A stretch of 64,000 nt of DNA from Octopus bimaculoides (taxonomy: Eukaryota). The stretch lies in the NCBI RefSeq assembly GCF_001194135.2, contig NC_069001.1:251179-315178 (forward strand). The letters run 5' to 3'. Below, piece by piece: positions 52,000 through 64,000 of the stretch. The notes under the pieces are model-generated. The model was given only the letters and a program-made list of their open reading frames with translations. It was not told where the DNA came from and did not search any database. Every line of letters begins with the position of its first letter. Position 1 is the first letter of the stretch. Both the position numbers and the translations under genes were made by a program.

Positions 52000-54960
52000 C
52001 ATTTATGCATGTGAATATTTGCCTGTGTATTTATTAATTATATTTATATTGTTTGTTCAGTACTTAATATGAACAAACACATCCCAGTAACATAACCATA
52101 AAAATAAATACACCACCCACCTATATACACACACTCATATATATATATAGATAGATATATATATCTCAATACAACTAATTAATAACATANNNNNNNNNNN
52201 NNNNNNNNNNNNNNNNNNNNNNNNNNNNNNNNNNNNNNNNNNNNNNNNNNNNNNNNNNNNNNNNNNNNNNNNNNNNNNNNNNNNNNNNNNNNNNNNNNNN
52301 NNNNNNNNNNNNNNNNNNNNNNNNNNNNNNNNNNNNNNNNNNNNNNNNNNNNNNNNNNNNNNNNNNNNNNNNNNNNNNNNNNNNNNNNNNNNNNNNNNNN
52401 NNNNNNNNNNNNNNNNNNNNNNNNNNNNNNNNNNNNNNNNNNNNNNNNNNNNNNNNNNNNNNNNNNNNNNNNNNNNNNNNNNNNNNNNNNNNNNNNNNNN
52501 NNNNNNNNNNNNNNNNNNNNNNNNNNNNNNNNNNNNNNNNNNNNNNNNNNNNNNNNNNNNNNNNNNNNNNNNNNNNNNNNNNNNNNNNNNNNNNNNNNNN
52601 NNNNNNNNNNNNNNNNNNNNNNNNNNNNNNNNNNNNNNNNNNNNNNNNNNNNNNNNNNNNNNNNNNNNNNNNNNNNNNNNNNNNNNNNNNNNNNNNNNNN
52701 NNNNNNNNNNNNNNNNNNNNNNNNNNNNNNNNNNNNNNNNNNNNNNNNNNNNNNNNNNNNNNNNNNNNNNNNNNNNNNNNNNNNNNNNNNNNNNNNNNNN
52801 NNNNNNNNNNNNNNNNNNNNNNNNNNNNNNNNNNNNNNNNNNNNNNNNNNNNNNNNNNNNNGTGGTGGTGGTGGTGGGTGGTGGGTGGGTGGAATATAGA
52901 GGTGAGGGCAAACAACACTGGAAAAACAGTTAATTAAATGGGACATAACAATATCCAGCTGTGACTGTCAGACAACCCACCACCACCACCACCACCACCT
53001 ACTGAACTTATAAACATACATACACTTACACATTAACACATGCATGCACACACTTGGGCTTATATACCCATGCACATATTCTATATACACACACTTTAAA
53101 GTTCATACAGATATATAAATAACACTCACAGATACACATAGACATATTAGAAAAAAACCCATACACTTCCCTATATATACACCCACCAAATATAGTTACA
53201 ACTGCATCATTCTCCTGACTCCCTTTTCAACAATCCCCATAAACTTAAACTAATCTCCATCCTCAGGTTAGTGGTGTCTTGGAGATTTCTCACTTGCCTC
53301 ATCAATGACATCATTGTCTGTGGAGAACCAGAACTCAGCTGCCAAAAGAGCAATGCTTTGCACCTTCCGACTATTTTTGCTGTTGTTGTAAACACAGCAT
53401 TCGGTTGAGAGAAGAAGAACTTTCTCATGAAGGAAAAGATGCCATTTATAGAACTTTGCAAAGTGATACCAAACAACTACATTTTAACAATAACAGCAGT
53501 AGTACATACGTGTGTGTGTGTGTGTGTATATGTACATAGATAGATAAAATGTATAATGTGTGTGTGTGTGTGTGTAAATATCTATGTTCATAGATAGATA
53601 AAATGTGTAATGTGTGTGTGAATGTATTTGTTCTTGTTTTTCATTTTCTTTTTCCTTCTTTTAAATGATTGTAGCCCCGAGGTGATTTGTCTTGATCTGT
53701 GGCACCCCCAGTTCAGTTTTCGTTTTGAGCTTTTAGAAGTTTATTTTTAGTTTATCAATGTTGCAAAACCTATTATGGAGTTTAGTGTTGTAAATATCAC
53801 AAGCCAGCGGCACCTGGAGGCACTGTCAGTAGCACCCCAATGTGCAGTGGCCCCCTCCGGTTGGAGAATGAAAGAAATCAAAATCTAAACAAATACATTG
53901 AACAACAGTAACAATTTAATCAGTTAACAGTTATTGAATTACAGCATCCAGAACAGACAGCTATGAGAACAACAACAACCACAACCACAACAGCAGCAGC
54001 AGCTTTTAGTAATGATAATAATAATAACAACAACAACAACAACACTCAACAGCATGTACTGCAGAAGTACCATTGATAAGAGCAATGGCAGCAGCCATAC
54101 GAAAAGTGTTAATAACAAGCAATATCAAATAAACAATTATCAGAACAACAAACGCAGCAAGAAAGAATAACAACGGTTCTTTAATTAATCCTGAAACCTT
54201 AGGCAAACAGAATTAATTGTATTTTACCGAGACCTGACGTTAATGCCTGCAGTGAGATATGAACTTGCGAATTCAATTTCTAATGCCCTCTTCTGTTGCA
54301 CCTTTATACAACAGCAGCAGAAAACCACAATAATGATTAACGTTTACAAATTCTAACAAATCTCACAGAAAACGATTTGTTCTTTTTGGTCCAAGGTCAG
54401 AGATTTGCATGAGAGGCAGCAGAGTCTTCTAATGAATCGACCTCATTACATAATTATTTTTATTGATCCTGAAGGGATGAAATAAAACCTCAACCGATGC
54501 AGTATTTCAACTCAAAACATAAACAACACTAAACATAAAGACTGTTAGCCATTTTACCTCACAGTGGAATTTCTGAAAACTCTCCAACATCCTCAAAGAC
54601 ACTTATTTTTATGCAATTTTCTTTTCTATTCTATTTGTTATTAATGTTGCTTTTTTTTTCATTAGTTTTTGCTTATTCCTCTTATTTTATTCTTATTCAT
54701 CATCATTAATATTATTTTGATCATCATCATTAGTTCTAGCAACACCAGATGTCACCATCATCATTACTTCTACCACATCTCTTCAAATATAACCCTAACC
54801 CACTTCCTTCAATTCTATGACTATAAGCATTCTTGATGCTCTAAGCTAATACATCAACTGCTTTAGTGCCCACTTTACTCTTAAGTTTTCATGCAACTGG
54901 CATCCCCGAGTAGTTTTCCTTACTTCACTTATAATTCTTGTATCAATTTTATAGTGAAGA

Positions 54961-55140
54961 TGTGTGGTTTTATGGTTAGAGTGTTGCACTCATGATCTTG
55001 TGATCGTGGGTTCAATTCCTAGCCTGGCTGTTGTGCTGTGCTCTTGAGCAAATACTTCATTTCACGTTGTTCCAGTCCACACTTAACTGGAAATAGTGAG
55101 TAACCTTGTGATGGACTAGCATCCCATCCAGGGGCAATGT
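54961..55140 (+). mobile_element. tRNA-headed SINE (family D)
   Basis: A-box-like tggttagagtg (54973-54983) and B-box-like ggttcaattcc (55009-55019), then cttgagcaaatacttcatttcacgttgttccagtcc shared with the 6219 copy. Confidence 0.8.
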
Positions 55141-55659
55141 TGGGATCTCACTCACTTATATGCTTTAAAAGAAACCGGGCAACTGACCCCATGGGTCCAA
55201 GTACTCGTACTGCCAGTTACTTACAATGTCCATAGTCAAGGCCCTTAGATCTTCTACAACCAACGTCAGAACCTCATTTACTAACTTTCGTATTAATTCC
55301 CATCATCCACTTCTATTACCTTCTGAATCTTTAGCCCAAAGGTTATCATTAATTGATATAAGAAGGAAGACCATTTTGTGTGAGCATGTAATAGGGGATA
55401 GGTCAAACCGGTTGAGCTAAAATATCATGTGGCATTCAGCTACATCCCTTTATGTTCTTCTCAGTTTCAATCCTATTCGTGTCCCTTTGCCTGTCTTCCC
55501 TCGAAGGGAGATAAAATGTGCACCAGCCGATAAGGACTGGGTCGGGCTTGATGCAATCATCTACACTCTATGGGGTAATACCATCGCATAGCAACCGTTC
55601 AAGTGTTGAGAAATTAAAAACTTGGTCCAAATAAGAATATCAACTTCAATATGGAGCCC

Positions 55660-55875
55660 AATGCGAGCCCCTTTATGTCTGATTGATCTCCAAGAAATAG
55701 CAATTTAGTTTCTTTCAAATCACAGGCTACTACCTGAAAACAGGGAAGGACATGCTGGATAATGAAGTCCTTCCCAGTCTTGATTAAAAATATAGGATGA
55801 TTGCAGCTGAATTATTTTTTAATCATGGGTCCTCTCAAGCAGGGTTAACCTGGGGTTAAACAACAACAACAACAT
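55660..55875 (+). mobile_element. Interspersed repeat family F (ctagaaatagc core, (AAC)n tail)
   Basis: aagaaatagc...ggataatgaagtcc...gcagggttaacctggggttaaacaacaacaac. Related remnants at about 8740-8960, 24470-24600, 36470-36560, 36800-36900 and 40960-41010. Confidence 0.5.
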
Positions 55876-56989
55876 CATCAATATCACCAGTTGAAGGAAA
55901 AAAAAATCACATCATTATTATCTTATGTAAGTTTTAAGAAATCCACATCAGAAAGGCCACAGCAGATTATCCACAAATAAAGACGCACGATGGATACAAC
56001 CCTAAACCATCTTTATATATTCTCTTAAGTTTTAAGATGCAAAAATCTTAAGAAGGTAAACTCAGACTGGAAAAGAAATGGATAAAGATACTGAGACAAG
56101 TAAAGATGAACGAAAAGAAAAATGAAAAAATACAAAACAATCCAAGAACAAACAAGTAGAATCAAAAGGTAATAATTGGATTATGATCAGATTATAACAA
56201 GTGAACCATAGTTAATCTATTATAGATCATATTATAATTTACACTTTGATCTCCAGTATTAAAGATTATTAGCTTTAAGCTTAAGTGTTGTTTCTCTTAG
56301 GATTTCTTTTTAAGATTTGATTAATTTCATCGTAGTTTCTCTTATAAACATGATCAGCAATTGTGAGAAAATGATTACAGGTAGATATGTGCACCTGTGT
56401 GTATGTGTCTGTGTGGGTGTGTACGCGTGTGTTTGTATGTGTTGTGCAGCATTGCGAGACGGGCTCTTTTGTATACACTCACTCACATCGGCCGACTGAG
56501 TGTGTTATGTACACGTGTATCTGTTTCTCACATTGGTTTGCGTGACTGCTCCTGTATTACACCCATGTCTATTATGGGTCATTTTTATACGTCTGTAATT
56601 TCTTGATTGTGTAATGAGCCATAAGTTTCTGTAGACTTTCCAAATATAGTAAATTAATGATTTTTGATATTTCTATTTTTAATTATGAATTAATAAACAG
56701 GGAACAGAAATAGAGATATTCATATTTGGATTTATAAACACACATTCATAATCACCCAGTTGTCATATAAACTGGGTGATTATAGAAAAATGCAGCAAAT
56801 ATATATCTTGCCTTTATTTCATATCAAAAGGGTGTGTTATAACACTATTCCACAGATACACAAACAGCCATAGCAACAATCCAACAGACCTCCATCGTCA
56901 GCTGCCCCATGGATATCATTATGGTTTTGACACCTGGGCAGTACCATTCAATCCAGTGGTTCATCTTATATACACAGAGCAAATATGAT

Positions 56990-57141
56990 TGTGTAACTGA
57001 GAAGCTTGCTTTGCGACCATGTGGTTTCAGGTTTCAATCCCACTGCATAACACCCTGGGCAAGTCTTTTCTGTTACAGCCCCAGGTTGACTAATGTCTTG
57101 TGAAGGAATGTAGTAGATGGAAACTGTGTGAAGATCTGTTG

Positions 57142-57150
<9 letters not shown>
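56990..57150 (+). mobile_element. tRNA-headed SINE (family B) ending in (TG)n
   Basis: gagaagcttgctttgcgaccatgtggtttcaggtttcaatcccactgc...ctgggcaagtcttttct...gtagatggaaactgtgtgaaga. Related copies at about 6520-6600(-), 18487-18590(+), 24980-25060(+), 44255-44400(-), 59040-59150(-) and 61400-61560(-). Confidence 0.75.
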
Positions 57151-57186
<36 letters not shown>

Positions 57187-57239
57187 TCATATATGCATAC
57201 GCGCACGCACACACACACACACACACATATTTGTATAAA

Positions 57240-57380
57240 ACACTCCTGTAGAGTTTCTGTTTGCTGAATTCCACTCACAAGGAAATGGTCAACCCAAGGC
57301 CATGGTAGAAGATACTTGCCCAAACTGGCAAACACTAGAATTTTGTGAGTGCAAAGTGAATTCTTAATCGTACAACCAGG
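57240..57380 (-). mobile_element. Family B SINE, inverted relative to the 56990 copy
   Basis: Minus strand reads ttgggcaagtatcttctaccatggccttgggttgaccatttccttgtgagtggaattcagcaaacagaaact. Confidence 0.7.
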
Positions 57381-58619
57381 CTAAATGTTTCTTTTGTTTT
57401 GCTTTCTTTGTTTGTTTGAATTATTCCCCCCCCCCCCCAAAACCTGAGCTCATAACTGCATAATTGCCTGATCCTTTCTTATTCAAAGAACGACTTTTGC
57501 AATCATAATATTTATGGTAACAGGTTCAAATATTCCAGTGCCACAGTTTCAAATTTATTGTAGTCTGATTCTGGATTGTTATGACTTCAGAAATTTGATT
57601 AAAAAAAAATTATTTAAAAATACGATCGATTTCCCATTTGTTTCTTCAAATGAATCTAATTCTTTTATTTATATTTTTCTTCTTCTTTTTTTATAATTTG
57701 CAAAAACACAATGCTTTATTGTTTTTAACTAATGATTTTATTTCAAACAGAAAAAAAAAACCGGCAAAAACAAAAATGAAAATAATATAATTCCATCAGA
57801 AGGGTTTGTTATTAATAATAACGATGATAATAATGTTAATCTTGATTATGATGTTAATACTAACAAATTCCTAATCAGTGTTAATATTGATGGTGGTGGT
57901 GGTGCTTGTAATGATGTTGATGACAAGAGTGATGATAGTGGTGATGATGATGATGATGATGATGAAGATAATAATAACAATTATAATTACAGTATCAGTA
58001 ATAAAACCGAATATCTCAGTGAGTTAATTGAGCCAAGCAAGTCTTGAATTTTAAACATAGAATTTATTTTCGATTCTCAGTTGCACAAGCATGAAACCAA
58101 ATCTGTTACAAAGATACACAAGTCATAAAATATAATCTAAACATGAGGAAATTCTTCAGGTCGAACATTTAATTGTAAAAGCTGATCTGCAACAGTTGCA
58201 ATGATTTATTTATCGTAGAGTGCTGACATGTTTCCATTGCTGCAACGAACAACTTAAATAAATAAACCAAACGGGACCAAATAAAAGAAAATAAATCAAA
58301 GGTTTGAAAAGTGTAGGGGTGGAAGGGGTTGAGAAATTTTTGGCTGCGAAAGGGAATGGAATAAATTCTATTGTGTTCTGTTGTTTTAGTCAGTTTGAAT
58401 GGTAGGCATTGATGTTGCAGTAGAAGTAAGTCTTTGGTGAATTGACTCTTATGACCTGCATTCCAGTTCTATTCAAAACTATTTCATTTACAATTTTGAG
58501 ATTCTTTGAAACATGAAAATTGCAGATTAACATTTCACACATCCCTTTAACAGAAAAAACTAAATTTTTATAATGTTTGAATAGTTTTAAAGCAATTAAC
58601 TTCACCTTTACCTTTTCTA

Positions 58620-58800
58620 TTTTCTACACAACATTTTCATCATCATAATGTCCACTTTTCCTGGTTTTGCACGAGTTGGACAGAGTTTACTGCAGTAGAT
58701 TTTTGTATGGCTGGACGCTCTTCCTGTTACCAACCCTTGTCTGTTTCCAAACAAGGTAGTATTTCCCTATGACCAGACATGTTTTTGTGGTATACTGGAA
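58620..58800 (-). mobile_element. Family A-related subfamily copy
   Basis: catcatcataatgtccacttttcc...gctggacgctcttcctgttaccaacccttgtctgtttccaaacaaggtagtatttccctatgaccagacatg. The same subfamily appears at 41290-41455 (minus) and 27740-27960 (plus). Confidence 0.65.
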
Positions 58801-59964
58801 CTGAATAACACTATATATTTGTGAGTGGCTCCCATTAACAACTGCCACATAATGTCAAGATAAGGAAACATACACAAAAGATACACACACATACATATGT
58901 ATATATACTCATAAGATATATAGGATATATATATACACACACATATAGATATTTATACATGTGTATGCATATATATATGTACATACACATGTATATATAT
59001 ACATTTACGCACAAACACACACCTCACACACATATGATAGGCTTCTATCAGTCCCTATGTAGCAAATCTACAGAGCTGTAGTTTACCTGGGGCTACAGTA
59101 GAAAAGACTTGCCTAAGGTATCATGCCTGCTGTGGGGCTGAACCCAAAACTATGTCCAATTTGTTTGCTCCTATCCTGAGCTTAGTTTTCTGTGTCAACT
59201 TTTCCTTTCCTCATTCTAAGGTTGACAAAGCTTTCGTTGGGTTCAAAGGGTTGAGAATATTCATCTTGTTCTCAAATGAAATTCTTAATTTTGTTGAACA
59301 ACATGGATGTAACGATTTATACATCAAAAGTTGTTACCAAACATTGTAGTATTATTTTTTAAGAGAAGAAACTAGTTGTGATGTTCATACCTTTTTTGTC
59401 GGTATCTCAGGTATCGGAGAGAAATAATACAGCCACAACTCTAAGAATCAAAGCTGATTCGTAGTTGTAACTCTCACCGACAGATTACTTCTGCTCCATA
59501 ACACATACCAAGAATCATTACAAGGAAATGGCTGAGTGAATAAGGTATCAGGTTACCTGCACCTTGTTGATTTCTAACTCCAGTGCAGGTGTTTCTGTTT
59601 CTAAACAGAACATTTTATTCTTCATGGCTTCAGTTGATCTAATTGTTAGGAAGTGATACCCTATCATCAGCGACTGTTAGCTTTCATAGAAAAATCGACT
59701 CCCCCCCCCCTCATCTGCATAATGCTGCCCCAGCCATCTAAGCACCTGCTTCTAAAATCCCATTTGGTTTAGGAAGAATCAGTAATTTTATATTCTCTAG
59801 TTTATGCTCTTCGCCAGGCAAGCACATTGTGTCCTTGAGCAGGGCACTTCATTCCATGTTCATTCAACTCAGCTGTGCACCTGCTGAGTGCCAGTCCATC
59901 CTACTCTGCCTTCAACTGTCCCATCCTGGATATTCCTCTGGGCCAAGAGAGGGAGAGCCAAGTT

Positions 59965-60130
59965 TTGGCCCAGCAATTTTGTGGGGAGGGTTTAGTGAGT
60001 GAGTACTTGATTGGTACTTTATTTCATTGACCTCAAAAGGATGACAGGCAAGGCTGGCCTTGGTCATATTTGAACTCAGAATGCAAAGAGCTGGAAGAAA
60101 TGCTGTTACCGTTTGTCCGTTCCACTAGTT
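59965..60130 (-). mobile_element. Family C SINE copy (diverged)
   Basis: ggtactttatttcattgacctcaaaaggatgacaggcaagg...atttgaactcagaatgcaaag is shared with 47423-47625. Confidence 0.7.
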
Positions 60131-60854
60131 TGCTACCTTGAAGATTAAACAAGCAGTGATAGTATGATGCCTCTACAGAACCTAATTCCCTATTGATGAA
60201 TACCTGTGAGCATCTGCAAATACCTGTGTGTACCCAAAGCCAATAAGCTAACTCTTAATCATGCTTTTGTATGAGTTAAATGAATTATTAATGTCTCCCA
60301 TCAGCATCTGACCACAAACTCAAAGAACATAATCAAGTTGGATGACATCAATGTTTCTCTCAAGAGCATTAAGGGCTGTTATTGATGTGATTTGCTTCCA
60401 ACTGAACATTAAAAGTGGATCACAGTGCGGGAGGCGGAGGGGGCTTGCTGGGACCATTCCTTCACTCTATTTTGCTTATCTTAACAAACAGCAATGAAGA
60501 TTAATCTAACAATTGCAAGATTTTTATGTCTTTAAATTTTATACTACGTAAGCTCTGTCTTCAGGTGATGTTCCTAATTTTACATAATATTCAGTGCAGT
60601 TGACTGGTTGGGATTAATCTTGGGAAAACTGTTATTGTAACTCACATGGATATCTGCAGAACGAAGAATGGTTTTAAAATTCTGTAAGTTGCAATAACCG
60701 TTCACAGCCTTCTTCCTAATCTTAGCAAAATGTAAAGCAGCAGACGGTTCTTAGAGAATATGTCAAATGAAATGTTGTATAAATAATAACGAAAAAGCCA
60801 AGCTTTGATAATTCATTTAATCTTTTGCTAATTATTGTGGTTTGAGAGCTTTTT

Positions 60855-61090
60855 ACCTTTTACTCATTTCAGTCATTGAACTGCGACCATGCTGGGGCAC
60901 CACCTTCAAGGGTCTTTTCTAGTTAAACAAATTAATCCTAATGTGTTGTTTTTTAACTCTGGTACTTATCCTATCGGTTTCTTTTGCCAAACCACTAACT
61001 TACAGGGACATAAACAAACCAGCACTGGTTGTCAAGCAGTGGGTTGGGGCAAACACAGACACACAGACACAGACACACATACACACACAC
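60855..61090 (-). mobile_element. Interspersed repeat family E
   Basis: Reverse complement of cttgacaacc...tgtttatgtccctgtaag...gataagtaccag...gccccagcatggtcgcagttcaatgactgaaatgagtaaaag. Same family as 38500-38695(+) and 25130-25315(+). Confidence 0.8.
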
Positions 61091-61173
61091 ACATTGTATT
61101 TCAACCGAATATTTACAACCCATAATGTATTGTTTTGTCATTTGATTCAAGATTCACCATTCCAAAAATGTAT

Positions 61174-61249
<76 letters not shown>

Positions 61250-61252
<3 letters not shown>

Positions 61253-61389
61253 TTGGTGTTAGGAAGGGCATCCAGCTGCAGAAACCATGCCAAATCAGGC
61301 TAGAGTCTGGTACAGCCCTTCAGCTTACCAGCCTTTTTAAGCCAGCATGGACAACAGACGTTCAATGATGATGATGATGATGATGATGA
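61250..61389 (+). mobile_element. Family A 3' portion (diverged)
   Basis: gttaggaagggcatccagctgcagaaacc...gccagcatggacaacagacgttcaatgatgatgatgatg. Confidence 0.8.
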
Positions 61390-61399
61390 TATATTTGCA

Positions 61400-61560
61400 T
61401 GACAGGCTTGTACATAGTTTCCCCCTGCCAAATCTACTCAGAAGACATTGGGCAGCCTGAGGCTATGGTAGAAGGAACATAACCCAGGGTGCCACACAGT
61501 GGGACAGAACCCAAAACTGCATGGTTGCAATGTGAGCTTCTTAACCACACAGTCGTACCT
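61400..61560 (-). mobile_element. Family B SINE copy
   Basis: Minus strand reads gtgtggttaagaagctcacattgcaaccatgcagttttgggttctgtcccactgtgtggcaccctggg. Confidence 0.75.
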
Positions 61561-63390
61561 GGTTTGATTTTGCTGGTACTTGGTCAAGTAACCCCACCCA
61601 CCCATGGCTCTCCTCACCCGTTCACTTAGTCTACCATGCATCACTGTAAGAGCAGTAATTAATTAGATGTCTAATAAGCTTGAAAGCTGGAGATTTTCTA
61701 AGTTCTGCCAGTGCATCCAGGTTTTGGTATTTATGCCGGCTGTAAATTAACGAGAGGTGTGCAACAGTCGTTCCTGTTAAACCCTTCCAATCACAACAAT
61801 CACAAAATGGATATCTCATTCCACTGGAAAGGATTCTACAAGGAATTTTAGATGTCTTAGAAATACAGAAATGCTGTTAATGTCTCTTGTGTTTTATGTT
61901 TTTCTTCAGAAAAATTACTCATTTTTTCAAGACTATGACAAGATCCCTTCACCTTTTTTTTTTTTTTCTTTCTCTCTATTCCAAGGTTTCGTATCAGGAA
62001 CCTGTAGTTTTTATCCCTTGGGATAATAATTATTGAGTGGCTGAGATGATGCAGAGACAAAAAAAAAACTACAAACAGTGATGATGGTCGAATCAATTCT
62101 TATCCCTGTTAGGATTAAGTCATCATCTCCGAAATATAGAATTGTACTCACTCTCAACTGTCCATATAATGGTAAAAGAACTTCAGGTCACCTCTTTCAT
62201 ATGATCCTGACCAACCAAACCCCTGTTTCTTCTTGGTAACAAAAAAAAAAAATATATACACATATAAACGTTTCTCCTATTTATTGATGGTTTTTATTCT
62301 CCTTCCTCATCCTCCCTCCGCTCTTTCCTTGCTGCAACCATTTACAACCACCACAAACATTATCATTGCTTCACCTGCCAATACCACCACCACCACCACC
62401 ATTGTCACCATTCTATCTATCACTAATATCAAAATGACTATAGACTGTGCTACTGTTACTACCAACACCGCCAACACCACCACCACCATTCTAACTATTA
62501 TATTACCTTATCATAGATATAAGTTTGGAGTGTTTGCACACCAGGGGATAGTTGGTGTGTTTGGTGGTGGGGAGGAGGGTAACGGGGGGGATATTATTGT
62601 ACATTTTTCTTTGTTTTATTTATTTACTTTTATTTATTTATTATTTGTATATTTATTATTATTATTTTTTTTTTCTTTATCATTTCATTTCAGCTCTTTG
62701 CTTTGAAGTGTATATTTTTCAGGATTGTTGAAGGGGAACAAAAGAAAAATTTCAGTTCAAAGCCACTGTTTTCAGTGAAATGTTTTCATCCATCCTCGCT
62801 GCCACCTTCACCCTCACCACCACTACCACTACAACAACAACAACCATCAACTTTGTGCCACCATCATCACCTACAACATCAACCTAACAAAATCTCTAAG
62901 CTACACAACTTCACTCCTCCTCCTCCTCCCCTTCCTACCTTCTTTATACTAGAATAGCTCAGTGAAGAAGAAGCAGCAGCAGTAGCAGCAGCAGCAGTAA
63001 TGTCATACATAATAATAAGTAATACATTAAAGCTTCATTAGTTCTTTCTATCCAACCATGATGAAATACAAACTATCTCGAGGGGGGGTTGAAATTGCCG
63101 ACAGGAATTCCCAAAACACCCCTACTGCTTTCGCCAGCACTTGGCTTGAAAGCCAGCTTTTTATACGGATCTCTGAGAAGACTTGCCCAAGTGAGCCTTG
63201 TGAACTTTGCATTCATGCAGCTGGGTGGATATGCGTTCACGTGGACACTGCTGTGATGTTGGAGTAGGTTGCAATAATTGAGAATTTAGCAAGGCTTAGC
63301 TCATGGAGTGATTTAATTTCCGTTGTCTATCAGCAGCCTGGGCTATTCGCTCCGATGAAAGTACCTGCATCCCATTCTTTTGAGAGAAGA

Positions 63391-63392
<2 letters not shown>

Positions 63393-63479
<87 letters not shown>

Positions 63480-63518
63480 AGGGAGATGGAAAGATCAAGA
63501 TCTCTAAATTTGCCGTTT

Positions 63519-63565
<47 letters not shown>

Positions 63566-63638
63566 TGCATGTTCTGTTAAAGTCAGAAGAAGAAGAATGA
63601 ATGAGTGGAAGAAACACATACACACACACAGATAGACA

Positions 63639-63702
<64 letters not shown>
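63393..63702. repeat. Compound (GA)n / (TG)n / (GA)n microsatellite cluster
   Basis: (GA)n at 63393-63476 and 63644-63702, (TG)n at about 63523-63564. Confidence 0.95.
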
Positions 63703-63707
<5 letters not shown>

Positions 63708-63959
63708 CAATCTCTAAAGAATGGTGAAAAGAGCAGAGCAAAACCGAGCGAAGCAAAGTGGAGAGAAAATGAATGGAAGAAAGTGAAGAAGCAGGCAAAC
63801 TGAAATGTCTTTATAGTGTTGTTTAATTCCTCCTGGCTCTAAAAGTCACGGTATTTCTATAAGATTAGCTTTATGAAGATCAGGCGGTGGGGGGTGGGGG
63901 GTGGGAAGAAGGAGAGCAAGGGAGAGTGAGGAGTGCTGTGTGGGAGGTTTAGAAAAAGA

Positions 63960-63999
<40 letters not shown>

Positions 64000-64000
64000 A

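Noticed and set aside
54961-55030. tRNA gene calls for the A/B-box segments (also 6219-6290 and 47545-47625)
   Set aside because: They lack a full cloverleaf and continue into shared SINE bodies found in many copies.
56538-56544. XRE-like TTGCGTG as an AhR autoregulatory site
   Set aside because: A single 7-mer is expected by chance, especially in TG-rich DNA where GCGTG arises from (TG)n variants.
60640-60690. Strong minus-strand GTGAGT donor
   Set aside because: The upstream phase-2 frame (RILKPFFVLQISI) has no resemblance to an AhR N-terminus and I see no supporting start.
63509-63520. Minus-strand RNGK resembling the AhR N-terminal RRRRNGKS
   Set aside because: It is preceded by a (CA)n run rather than basic residues, and no donor follows.
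1-64000. Dozens of long ORFs rich in YI, HT, CV, LS, ER, H, Q or X
   Set aside because: They are translations of (TA)n, (CA)n, (GA)n, triplet repeats or N-gaps, not genes.
1-64000. CRISPR arrays, rRNA or prokaryotic systems
   Set aside because: No repeat-spacer arrays, rRNA motifs or operon-like coding density. The sequence is clearly eukaryotic and intronic.

Overview
Eukaryotic intronic DNA: AT-rich, full of microsatellites, with 14 N-gaps (3366-3375, 7691-7984, 11032-11202, 11998-12081, 16157-16355, 17587-18123, 19050-19393, 21694-21703, 30557-30566, 33331-33651, 40424-40637, 41660-41669, 50602-50890, 52190-52861). The repeat landscape looks like an octopus or other coleoid cephalopod draft assembly (inference). 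The only confident protein-coding feature is one 188-bp minus-strand exon (28824-29011) encoding the bHLH domain of the aryl hydrocarbon receptor (AhR/Spineless), with canonical AG and GT splice sites. I could not find the upstream exon or the PAS exons, so most of the window is probably two very large AhR introns. The rest is decayed RTE-clade LINE fragments, one probable Penelope-like fragment, several tRNA-headed or LINE-tailed SINE families, simple repeats and short unique blocks that may be regulatory. Nearly all supplied ORFs are microsatellite or gap artefacts. I found no convincing novel system. The best leads are inverted SINE pairs that could form dsRNA in the AhR pre-mRNA, evidence that the (GAT)n-tailed short repeat is an RTE LINE 3' end, and a few candidate cryptic exons and a promoter-like block. 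Repeat boundaries are approximate and were read by eye.
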